Part shown: piece by piece, positions 38,901 through 49,400 of the stretch | Layout of the letters: each line of letters begins with the position of its first letter | Position numbering within the stretch: position 1 is the first letter of the stretch | Assembly (NCBI GenBank): GCA_977030845.1 | Contig: OZ365109.1 | Span: forward strand, 53,072,001-53,136,000 | Origin: Fimbriosthenelais zetlandica | Lineage: Eukaryota | Direction of reading: 5' to 3' | DNA: 64,000 nt | The notes under the pieces: generated by a model | Databases searched by the model: none | Told to the model about the DNA's origin: nothing | What the model saw: the letters and a program-made list of their open reading frames with translations, nothing else | Made by a program: the position numbers and the translations under genes

Positions 38901-39317
38901 CAGAAAAACCTGAGACAAAGTTAACCAAACAAGAAAGGAAAATGCGAAATCAATTAATAAGCAAACAAGAAGTCAGGTGATTAGAAAGAGAGAAGTCAGG
39001 TGATAAGAAAGAGAGACAATATAAAGCATACTTACAACGTCAATGAGCTGTGACAACCTGAGGCCGAGTTTGACTGTGAGTTTGTCTGTGTTGTTGCCCA
39101 CTGGTCTGATAAGTTTGTTGTATCCACTTTTCCTGAGGAGATCATCGTAGAGTCGCTTGGCATCGGGATTGGCACCCACTCCACAGTACAAATCTGCATG
39201 GAGAAGAATGAACAGTGTACTACATACAAGCAACAATTGCTGATGTGTCAGTCTCGTGTGCATCGTCATAACGCTGACATCAGTGGACTTCCTGTATGTT
39301 GACAGCATCTTCTTCAT
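5381..39317 (-). CDS. CHRNA: Nicotinic acetylcholine receptor alpha subunit (Cys-loop cation channel), spliced CDS of 5 exons: 39036..39317, 21297..21341, 14319..14428, 10539..11565, 5381..5527
   Basis: The exons join in frame (282+45+110+1027+147 = 1611 nt, 536 aa + TAA) with GT-AG at every intron. Motifs: [22 protein letters not shown] (loop A), Cys-loop [19 protein letters not shown] (loop B), YTCCSEPY (vicinal Cys, alpha type), DSGEKITL before M2, and M4 [16 protein letters not shown]. The symbol is family-level only; the exact orthologue is unresolved. Confidence 0.96.
10539..11565 (-). CDS. CHRNA: nAChR alpha coding exon 4 (1027 bp; Cys-loop, loops B/E/F/C, M1-M3, M3-M4 loop)
   Basis: ttgcag|TGCCGATGGC completes the AAT codon from exon 3. 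Ends TCCAAT|gtaagt in phase 0. It is the core of ORF 10446..11759. Confidence 0.96.
12281..12395. promoter_or_regulatory. Promoter/enhancer-like motif cluster inside intron 3
   Basis: Two NRF1-type GCGCATGCG motifs (12281-12291, 12339-12349), CCAAT (12323) and ATTGG (12391), a TGACGT half-CRE (12363) and the palindrome CGTTAATTAACG (12366-12377). The patch is CpG-dense within an AT-rich intron. Confidence 0.45.
14319..14428 (-). CDS. CHRNA: nAChR alpha coding exon 3 (110 bp, [37 protein letters not shown])
   Basis: ctttcag|GAATGG ... TACAATAA|gtaagt. This is the classic 110-bp exon, ending in phase 2. Confidence 0.97.
17543..17593. other. Imperfect inverted repeat/hairpin in intron 2
   Basis: TACGCCAGGTCCCCATAT - 16-nt loop - ATATGGGGCCTGGCATA; about 17-bp stem with one bulge and one mismatch. 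Confidence 0.7.
19041..19144. repeat. Tandem duplication, 2 x 52 bp
   Basis: 19041-19092 vs 19093-19144, 46/52 identical by hand alignment. Confidence 0.9.
21297..21341 (-). CDS. CHRNA: nAChR alpha coding exon 2 (45 bp, [15 protein letters not shown])
   Basis: Not in the ORF track. Found by reading the minus strand: tctctttgcag|GATGAAAAGAATCAAATCATGACGACAAACGTCTGGCTAACCCAG|gtaatc. This is the classic 45-bp nAChR exon. Confidence 0.96.
23810..24715. mobile_element. Probable non-autonomous interspersed repeat (MITE/Helitron-like) in intron 1, class unresolved
   Basis: Hairpin at 23816-23843, poly-T, three TGACGTCA palindromes, a GACCTTTGACC motif, an 11-bp inverted repeat (24187-24197/24206-24216) and two diverged internal subrepeats about 168 bp apart (about 24384-24515 and 24551-24680). 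No TIR/TSD pair confirmed and the boundaries are approximate. Confidence 0.45.
23879..23914. repeat. Poly-T tract (36 nt; poly-A on the transcribed strand)
   Basis: Uninterrupted T run read directly. Confidence 0.97.
25246..25259. promoter_or_regulatory. RFX X-box-like motif in intron 1
   Basis: GTTGCCATGGCAGC, one mismatch from the palindromic X-box GTTGCCATGGCAAC. Confidence 0.35.
34000..34390 (-). mobile_element. Possible highly decayed non-LTR RT remnant in intron 1
   Basis: KAF..VSQKFL ... [12 protein letters not shown] at RT-like spacing, followed by [12 protein letters not shown] and TYAHLVV. Weak and degenerate. Confidence 0.2.
39036..39317 (-). CDS. CHRNA: nAChR alpha coding exon 1: signal peptide plus mature N-terminus (..[22 protein letters not shown]|[45 protein letters not shown])
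   Basis: Ends at GTT|GTAAGT donor (GT at 39035-39034), phase 0. In-frame ATGs lie at 39317, 39308, 39269 and 39263, so the true start is uncertain. The ORF-track start at 39347 is a TTG. Confidence 0.92.
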
Positions 39318-40200
39318 CAACCTGAACGGCACAGGTGCTTCTGTCAAACTTCTAGGTGGCCAAACACTTTGGAGGATGAGTGAGAAAGTTTGAGTGGCCC
39401 AGGATATATGTGTCAGAAGGGAGGTTAGTTGACAGGTAGTGAGAGAAAGGAGAGGAAGAGCCTCCTCTGTGATGGAACAGTCAGAGGAAGAGATTGATAG
39501 ATCAGGGGAGAAGAGGAGTCAGAGGAAAGAGAAGAGGATGGAATTGCAAAGGCAATTGTGAGAGAAGTTGACTGGGGAGAGTCCCTGGCACCAGCAGTGA
39601 ACATACTGGCTACTCTAGGATGCCACCCGGCCACGCTGCCTCCCTATCTCTTTCACTCTGTGATTCTCTGAAGATCCTGTTGGGCCAAGTGATATGGCAC
39701 GCCCCTGTTGCCCATGTGACGAGCTTGAGACAAACCTCAGTGTTCTGCTACACCCCCACAGAGCCACATGCAAGGGATGCAAGGGGAGGAAGAGTGTGAC
39801 ACACCATCTGGTTCCCACTCAACTGCTCTTGCCTCTTGTTTGAAAATCCTGTTGCGGTAGGAGTAGTAGTAGAAAGAGCAGGAGTATAGGAGGAGGGAGC
39901 GTGCGCTGTTACCTCATGGCCCCGGGCTGGAAACATTGGAAAAGTGTCTCCTTTGTGGGTGTGTGGTTGAGAGGACAGCTTTAGGCATAGGTATGCTTGG
40001 AGCCAAGCATTGGCCAGCTGGAAAGCACGCCTTCATAACCAAGCCAGCGGAGAGAGGAGGTAGTGGTGACCGTGGTGGTAGTGTGGTGGTGGCTGCCAGC
40101 TTGGATCCCCACCACACAAATCCCACTAATCACTGCTTGTAAACACGCGCGCCACCTAGTGTACGCAACCAGTTGATGCGACAATTCTCAATCTCATGGA
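39318..40200 (-). promoter_or_regulatory. Probable 5'UTR/proximal promoter of the nAChR gene
   Basis: GC- and CpG-richer stretch directly upstream of the first ATG, with long CT-rich tracts on the minus strand. Includes a donor-like GAG|GTAACA (39912), an acceptor-like ccatcacag| (39467) and a CTCF-like motif at its distal edge. The TSS cannot be determined from sequence. Confidence 0.5.
40149..40162 (-). promoter_or_regulatory. CTCF-like binding motif
   Basis: The minus strand reads ACACTAGGTGGCGC, one mismatch from the CTCF core CCACTAGGTGGCGC. Confidence 0.45.
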
Positions 40201-41302
40201 ACCATCTCTAACCTTGAATAGCCCATAATGAATGTGTAGATGTCCAAAAGTTCCCTCTCCAAGAAGAGCATCTTTTCACATGACACACCCATTCAAACTG
40301 TTAGTCCCCTTCCTGAATGTACAATATATGATCCCTGCAAAACTCATGATCCAGAGATACGACTGGGTCGTCTCAGTGTATATACCAACCACGCGGTCAG
40401 CTGGCTATGTGATCAAGTCTACTAGTACTAGATTGCCTCAATTGACAGAGCGCATTGTCCTCATTAACTATGTATCTATTTCCCTGATTAAATTTTCACC
40501 GATCATCCGATTTGAGCTCTGGCCACGAGCTACAAATCGCACTTATTTCCATTGTGAAATAAGGCCCACTCACAATGTCTGTTTGCTCATACAAAGGGAT
40601 CGATAAAGTTGGAGTCAGTATTCGAGACAAACTACAATAAATATTTCTTATCGCTGTCTCTGATCTAGACATATGGTATTTTCGTTTGAGCAAGTAAAGC
40701 CAAATGGCAGGCAGGATTCCGATTTAACATAAACATATCACTTTTTCCAAGTGGTTCAGCTTCGAAGGTAACAAACCATAATGTCGTTTGTAGTTACTGG
40801 CTAAATCCAGTCGCAGCTGAATTGATGCAGATGGATCTAAGATTAAAATGTTTGCTTTCTGGGTAGCATCTGGTATACGGTCGCAATATGCTGAATTAAG
40901 GGTTCCAGTTTAGACCGTCTACAATATAGTCCATGCTCGTTACTTCAGCATTGTCGGTAAGGTTTGAGGTGGGAGGCGGATAAGAACATTTTTCTTTTTT
41001 GTTTGGTTTGTTTTAAGCATTTTAGATACTGTCCATTTTAAACTAGAATTGGACACACTGTCGTGTGATTTATCGAAGGCTATTTGTCAATATAAGTTTT
41101 GTAGTCAAAGTATACTAGGCCTATGTGTTAATTTAGTTGATTAAGTAAATTTCTTTATTTCCCTTTATTTTTTATGTTGATAAAATCCCGTTATGATGGT
41201 TTAAATCATCATCAATCAAAAACTCGGACATGATTAATTGATCAGTTTTATTTCATTCAGTCTAGTGGGTTTTTTTGTTAATTTTGTGTTTTTATGGTTC
41301 GC

Positions 41303-43285
41303 GACGAGAATTCTCGATCAAATTGTACATATCGACTATTCATGAAGATATTTGTCTACTACATTAATTGTACATGAGTAGGTAAATTAGAACATTCTTT
41401 CCTATCCTTGCTTAAAAATTCAAAGCGAAGTGACTAGTATATTATTCCAGAATATGAACTTGTGCGATCAGATGAAAACGAGGGAAATAGTCCACGAGCC
41501 TCAGGGGGAGTTGCTATGTACACTCTAAAAATATCAAATGTTAAATGTTTCTCCGCATTGAGAACTTGTCATAGCGATCACATGAACAGAGATAAAGATC
41601 AACGGATATTAGGCCTACTCATTCCATTCCCTGAATCGATAAGTAATTTGGGGAAATGTTTAAGGCTTATCAAAGAATATGCATGAAAAATGGACAATTT
41701 ACCGATTGATATGAAAGAAGGAAATTTCTTAAGTTTCGATTCTACCTTGTAGACCAGAATATTTAGATAAACCTGCAATTTACCCAATGAGGATAGTCCA
41801 AAATCTGAAATGGTAAAAACAGTATAAGTAATTTTCCTATTTTTTTCCATGGGAAGGGTCCTATTTTAGATCCCTTGTATCCCTTGTAAAGTTCTATCCA
41901 TGTTAAGCTTGTCATCCCAAAATTTCCCTAGACTGCAACTTAGAAAGACCATATTTTCACTAATGATTGGAGTATCAACCTCTATGAGGAAAAAATTGAA
42001 GAATACCTCCTTTCTATCTTTCTGAGACCCTCCCGTTCGGAAAGGGTTAAGGTCTATTAAGATGCATTATACATTGTATATAAAATATACAGTAGTGGAA
42101 AAATCTGTATTTCATGACAATGCAATTATAGGTTGTAGGCCTATTTTACTTGTTTAGCACTTTTCCCAACTTTTGAATTTCCCCACTAAAAACCACTAGA
42201 TCTTTTCGATGGTCTCCGATCACTTTCCTTTCTTGAAAGTGATCTAATTGACCTTCAGATCTAAATGACCATCAGATCTTGGACAGATAGTCCAGATCAA
42301 GGTCACATCTTCATACACATTATGCCGATTTTTAATCTGACTTCATTTGATCTGATTAGATCGTTTAATCATGAAATCAGGCCCCAGTCAAATCATCCGT
42401 GGGAGATATAGGCCTATACTCCTTTACTACAAAGTTGTAGGCCTATTGAATTCCACACATTTATTAACATATTTGAGTGACTATATTTGCCAGATGAAAG
42501 CTGCGTTTGTAGGGTAAGTTTTAACCCGTAAATTGATCCAGTCTCCATTTAATGTATTCAATCCGAGGACCGCTCAATGCAATACATATAAATATATTGG
42601 GTTTAGGAGGCCAATGATCCCCATTATAAGGAAAACAATAATTTTGAACCCTTTTTTCTACGTGGCAAATGGTAAGTCAGTTTGGCAATGTCTCATACAT
42701 TTGCACAAGACATGTATTATCATACCATAGTACATGTATATAATATGAGGCATAATTAAATTCATTCCTTTCCACATTGAACTAAGGATTCCCCTCGATC
42801 TTTCGGTGGGGTAGATCTCTACAAGATCATTATATGTTATTAGAGAAACTTTCGGCAAATTTACTGGTATTGGTAAATGATCACAGGTTTACCATAGCTA
42901 CAGCATAGGGTCACGCTGACCACAACACTGATGATTGTCAGGTGCTCATTATCAGGTCAGTAGGTTAGGTGGGAGGAGTTAACTCGCGCTGGGCGTGTAG
43001 GCGTGTATCGATGTATATGGAAATAGGTCAATTTTCCGACACCATGTGGCAAAATAGAGGAACTAAACAGCTTGTTCGGATTCAAAATGGCCGCCGATGA
43101 TTTTACTGTTCAAATAAAATTTCCAGGGCGAATACAGACCATTTAGAGAGGAGAATACTTGATCAAATTGTACATATTGACTACTCATGACAATATTTGT
43201 CTACTCTATTAATTGTACATTCGTAGGTAACATGGAACATTGTTTTCGAGCATTGTTTACATTTTTTTTCCCGAGTGACTGGTAT
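41303..43285. repeat. Pair of diverged direct repeats (41303..41440 and 43148..43285), probably copies of an interspersed repeat family
   Basis: Ungapped alignment with about 80/94 identity over the first 94 bp (gatcaaattgtacatat...tttgtctact...aattgtacat). The same register is retained out to GTGACT(A/G)GTAT at offset 127. Confidence 0.85.
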
Positions 43286-45859
43286 AGTCGAAGGCCTGAA
43301 TAGCCTTCGACAAAAAGCAGTTCTAACAGCCTTTTCAAAACAAATGTTTTGTCAAGTATACTAAGTTTAAGCACCCCACGCAATGGGGCCATAATTGAGT
43401 AGGGTTGGGATTTTCTGAAACATTTGAATTGGAACTATGATTGAATTGCAGAATATATATTTTTTTGGGTGAATCAATAATTGATATGCAGCTGAGCCTT
43501 TGAACATTATCGCCTGACATAAAGACGAAGTTTTCCACTTCCTGTACAATGAAAGGTTCGGGATAAGACTGGTTTTTGTTCAAGAATCGACCAGCAAGGT
43601 GAAGGGCTAGATCAAAGAGGTGGGCTTAACAACAAGTACCGTACACATTGTGACAAGCGGCCTACACAGAGGTGACCGTGTCCAGATGTAATATGTGTTG
43701 TTTTGTGAGTGTCAGGGAGCAAGAAATTGAATCAATAGTAAGGAGCGCAAGGGTTGAAAAGAGAAAAGCTTGGCGCCTAAGTGTCTATGACCCTTCTATC
43801 CACAGTTCTCTCTCATGTCATGTTAGATGCCTCTATTCATCATTATTATAACTTTTACTGAGGTTCAGAGTTAAAAAATGAAATATGCACCGGCAGGATC
43901 AAACTTTCTAATTCCCAGAGAAAATGCCATTAACATTTTAGTAGATGCTAATTTTCTCTCGTCTGATTGCTTCCAAGGGCATTAAAACCTGCAAAAGGGA
44001 GAAAAGCTGTGAAAGAAAATTGACCAGGAACAAAGAAGGAAACGACAAAGGATTTCCAAAATTAGTACCCTGGCAATAGAGTCACAAGCTAAAGGCAAAG
44101 AGGCAGGAAAAAGATACTAAACAAAAAGTGCCATAAAGAAAGCAAAACCCTGTCTTTTCAACCCCCTTCAAAGACTCGCCTTTGTACCAGCATAAGGGGA
44201 TTGATGTGAACCTAACGCAATGCTTGGAGTCATGGCAAAAATTTCCTCTGAACAATTTATTGATTATTAAATGGAATTTCGGAGCCTGGGGACTGGGGTA
44301 TGAACGGTGGCCATGGAGGGACACGATTGAGTCACCTGGGTGTTTTTGTGCTTGCTACATCATCAACCAGACTCTGAGATGAGGTTCACTACCGCTCTTT
44401 GAGAGGAATCACGATGGAGAATGTCTCGAATTGGCAAGCCTTGTAAGGGTCAGTAGCGACTATATAACACACTGATGTGGAGTGTGTGAAGTGAGAGAGG
44501 GAGGAAGAAAGAAGGCAGTCTATTGATTTCTACCATGGGCCGGAGGGCATCAGGACCTATAGGCAAGCGCTCACCCAATGATGTGTCCCTTTATCATAGC
44601 CCACATGCTGTCTACACGAGCCTCGGCCCATGTCAATATTTTGATCTGCAGATAGCGTCATTCCTCGTGGAGGTAGAGAGGGAAGGCTGGACCACATTGC
44701 TTTTACTGCTCATCACAACAGATGTTTCCTGTCGGTGTGCCTTTGAAGTCTGCTAGCTTCCACCCATATCATGCCCATATAACAAGTCATGCTTGATGAG
44801 AACTATGTTGCTTCACCTCTTATCCCAGCTCGTCTGCATGCTGGTAATAATACAGATTGTGATGTTTTACGAGATCTCCCCTCCAGGTAGGAGACAGTGA
44901 ATGCCAGACAAGACAAGTCTCTATGGTGACAAGAATACTATTTTGGAGGCTGAATCAAAGTAATATTCTATTTCGGCCCAGATGTTGATGACACTCTCAA
45001 AACTTTCTGGACTATCTTATGTAGCAGACGTAGTAGCACTATGCAGTCTTTAGTACACTCACTTTTCCTTTTTCCGTTCACTAATTCCTACAGAGCACTC
45101 TATGAGGCTCACACTGTGGTAGAGTACATGCTCAAATTTGGGCTGAAATAAGTTTAGAACAGCCGGAGAAATGTATAGATATCTGAATGATCTCGGCTTC
45201 GCCTCGTCTCCTATATCGCATTGACCACAAGATGGAGAGGGATAATGTATCAAGGCCTGAAGACATGGTGGACGCAATGATCCATGTAATAACTGCTCAT
45301 ACTGAAAATTAACATTAAAAGAAAGTCGTACGAACACGCAGAGCGAGTCAACAAAACATCCCTGACAAGAGAATTGCATCTTTAGATCTTTCATCTCATC
45401 GTCTATCTCTCCAAGAAAGGATATGGGTTAAACAATTTTGTACAAGTAATTATCTCAAATGACTTTAGAGAAGTTAATCAATGAGGTCTTTAATCTTGCT
45501 GCAAGAGGCTGTGTAATTGTATACATGCTGTGATCTGCAAGAGGCATTCGGAAGTGAAGATGACTATCTGGATAAAAACTGTTTTCTTCCGTGTGCTTTT
45601 CTCTTCAGTTTACTCAATTAATTCTCGAATGATTGTTTTGGCAGGAACTCTGCATTTCTCCCTTGTAAAAAACAGGTTTACTTTTTGGGTTTGGGACTTC
45701 AGTGAGCTCTACTTTGGTATTATTTCATCATCTCATTGTCTGGTCTTTCACAATGGAACGAAATTGTTGTTTTCTCCGGATGGTGGGATGCTCCAAGCAC
45801 TTTCTACAATAGTATAAGAAATTACTCCTTCTATAAAGGATTATCTTAGAAGGAATGAA

Positions 45860-46410
45860 GAGTGATAAGTGTATCATCCACTGAAAAGATTGTGATGTGC
45901 AGGGTACGAAAGTGTTAATGTTCATCATAAAAGAATGGATTGTTCACTTGAGATTTCTTTGTCATAAGAAGGTCTTCCCTGAAATGGGCTTCAGCACCTG
46001 CTTCTAAATGGATGATAAGATTAACGCTAGAATATATGCCTCTCCTAAACTGTGTAGGATTGAGCCCTGCGTTCCCTATTTCATGATTTATTGCTTTTGC
46101 CCGGTGATATTGCCTACACATAAGGCTCCGTAAGAGTACCATTGTTATATGAAATACTCATGAATGCACAATTGTGCTGCAGGGTGTAAAACCCCACTTG
46201 ACTATTGCAGGTGCTATGAATAATATCATATTTTTCATAATTGATTCACAGACATTGATCCAACTATCATCCTTGATGCTTTTCATCACTGAATTCCGGT
46301 ACTTTCAGCAAGTCTCCAAGGGCAGGATCCCTTCTGGGGATCAATAATATAATAGAATTCTTCTTATATTCTCCATGCTGGAGATTGATTTCTAGACATG
46401 CAACAAACGG
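45860..46410 (-). mobile_element. Possible highly decayed non-LTR retrotransposon reverse-transcriptase remnant
   Basis: Faint RT-like motifs in plausible order: FVACLE..EYKKNSIILLIPRR, KYRNS (46301), WGF..ST 36 codons later (46193), KAINHEI and FSVDDTLI (about 45878). It requires frameshifts and includes stops, and could be chance. Confidence 0.2.
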
Positions 46411-49400
46411 GTCTGAAACTATCCCCTTGTCCCCTCTTATTGCTGTGTTCATTGCACTTGAAAGTCTGACATTTATTTTCTTCTCCAAGGCCCTCCATAT
46501 AAAAGTTCTCCTTCACAATGCCAACATGGCTCGAATTCTATTAGAATTCCTTCTACTTCAAACAATATATTCAATATAGTACCTTCAGGGAAACCTTTGG
46601 CAGAATGTTCTCCCGAACACAACTGAATCTTTCTATTCATTTCTAATGAATTCAAAAACGAAGTATATCATTATTTACCTCCCACCTGTGGTTTCGGTGT
46701 GATCGCGATCAATTTGTAACTCCTTTGTAATTTATTGATACTTCCCTCTTCTCCCATTCTCAACATCTGCACCCCCTCCTCCCACAAACTGTCCTAGTTT
46801 TATGGCAACGTCAGAGAATACTTTGTCGAAGACACTTATTCAGCTAAGCGGTGATCTGGCAAGGGAAGGCTCTCAGGAGGTGACAAGGCATGAAAGCCTT
46901 CACCAGCAATATCTCACCGTCTTGTACACATTGGTGATTTTCCAATTAGGACACAATGCTAGGCGTCATAACTTCCCCGACTGAATGACAAGGTATGAGC
47001 ACCAATGCCATATCAGAAGGACTTTCAAACAAATGACATAGAGCAAGTGAAGCCTTCTTTGCCAACATACTGTAGGTCTGTTAGGCCTACTATTCTAGGA
47101 TATGCCTGCCTGGTGAAGTGCCAGAGGAAATAGCTGTATAAGGTACCTTTTCCTGTTTTTATGGTGGTATTGCTATGTTTAGATTTCAACCATTCATGAA
47201 TACAAAAATCTCACAAAATTGAACCATTATTATATACTGGTTTGAGTTATGTGCTTTGCTGTAAAAAAGCTTTCATACATGCTCGGTGATTATACCATTT
47301 CTGGATATTGAGTTTTGTGCTTGACAGAATTGTACATGGGAATTTAAGCTATAGGGGTTTAATACGCAGAATTATTCGCGGCGTCTGTCTTTTGCAGAAG
47401 ACAAGCGGAAAGCATGATAAGTGTAGCAACCTTGTGAGGACAAAGCCAAGTGTCTGTTCGTGGTCTGGCAGTTTCCTGATAGCGTTATCTATGGCCATGG
47501 GATATGAGCAGACAGGTGGTTCTGGTCACACACCTCCTTCACCCCCCAACATGGCAATGTGAATGTTATATGAAAGGGTTCCTCTTCCCTCTGCCCACGG
47601 CTCACAGCCCACACATAAATGGTGAAGTGACTGTCAGAGGCAATCAATGAGTTCTTATTGGGGCTATTGCTTGCCGGGAAATGGAGTCATGACATCTGTG
47701 AATATATATACATTTTGATGAATATCACTCGGGGAGACACTTTTGGAGGCTATAAATGGACTGTCAGATTGGTTTAACGATGGATGAACGTGGGGAGGAA
47801 TTTTGATGATCAAATATTGTCAACTATTTACTGAAGTCTATTTTGGACTCTGTGAAGTGTATTTCAGAACATAAACTTGTCAACATTCCTGTTCTAAAAT
47901 ATTCTATTCTACAAAAGTAACTGACCCTGAAACTTATTCTGCCTTCTTTCATCTCTGCACTGGTCTATGGAGTATCTTGACTAGGGAATGTGTCATTTCT
48001 TTTCTTGAAAAAGAAATCAAAGTTAATTTTACATCTTCCCTAAGGATACTCTATTTTATTAGGCATAGAAAGGCAATGGCAAGTGCCAGACAAGGCCGAG
48101 TAGCTTTCTTCATCTTTAATTTATCTCCTCAGGAAGGCTTTTATGAATGCAATTAAGTCCAGCATACATCATTCTGGCTAATCCTCCCCTCCTACCCTCC
48201 CATAAAGCAGCACACTGAGCATCGTCAAAGTCGCATCTAATATTTAATTATCTCCCCCCTTCTTTTTTTAATCAACCTTCTTCCATCCCACACCTCATTG
48301 ATATGCATTATTTTTCCCCCAACCCAAACCTACGCCTGCATGGATAGCACTTATCATTTCAATAATTGATGAATCCCCTCCACCCACCTTTCTAGGGAGT
48401 GACCGGTAGTAGCTTTGAGGGCCATCATTTCCGGTTTCAATGAGCCCATCATCTATGCACATACTTGAGTGATGCATCCATTCTTTCTACTGTTTCTGAC
48501 AAGTCGAGGAAATCTCCACAAGCTGTTTCATTACCCTTTGACGAGTTCCTCTTTTGACTATGTATATTGCTTAGCAGTCCTGGAAGAAATTAGGCCTCTC
48601 GACAATGGATGGCCCCCATGATAAAACAAGTTATAATTCCTCATTTTATGGCTTACAAGAGCTGCTAGCCAGAGCCATTCTTTAGGCTATATAGAAGTGT
48701 AGGAGCGTTCTCTAAGGAAGTATAAACGTCAAAGTAAGGCACACAAACTATGATCAGTCGACCGCTCTCATTCAAAGAGCGCCCCACTGGGAATAGCGCC
48801 CACTCAACTGGACATTGTGGCTTACAAAATGTTAGTAATTTAATGGAGGTCCTTCGGTTGACCTCTACTCAAGCTGCTGTGTATAGTGTAAGACATGTTT
48901 TATATCTAACACCTATTATATATACATTGAAAATGTAATGTGGGTCTCAAAATAGAACGTAATTACATCAATATTGATGTCTAATTAAAATATAATGCTA
49001 AATTGCCACATAAAGCTTTTGACCTTGAGATGCATAACTGTCTTCCCAGATAAGCTCGATCGTGACATTATAATATACAGATTATGTTCAGACATCAGAA
49101 AGTATGGCAGACATACATGTATGTTCTTTTCTTCCCATATCTCTTGTCCTCAATTATTTTCCCCACTGCCGTTTAGAAAGAGCATAGAGATATATATATT
49201 AGCTTTCATTGTTTAGTTTCGTAAAAGAGAAGGTCATGGGAAATCTACCCAGAGAAAGCTGTTGATAATTGTACACAAACAGTCTGATAACAAATGGGCC
49301 GTCTAGAATGTACACTGCCTCTGTTAATTGCACCAATACTTATATCCTTACCCTAGTTACCTGCCTATGGGGATTGATGGTGTAATGTACTGAGCATTGA

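Noticed and set aside
5528-39035. Duplicated, mutually exclusive exons as in insect alpha4/alpha6 genes
   Set aside because: Scanning the introns by eye for second copies of the 45-bp, 110-bp or M2/M4 exons found none. A tblastn of each exon against the introns would be needed to exclude diverged copies.
42050-42060. AAAGGGTTAA and scattered TTAAAGG motifs as piggyBac/Kolobok termini
   Set aside because: No matching inverted partner end was found in the correct orientation.
45059-45394. CGQCDIGDE resembling an RTE-X zinc finger
   Set aside because: The following His/Cys residues and the flanking motifs are missing.
45990-45998. REST/NRSF half-site TTCAGCACC
   Set aside because: The second half (GGACAG) is absent.
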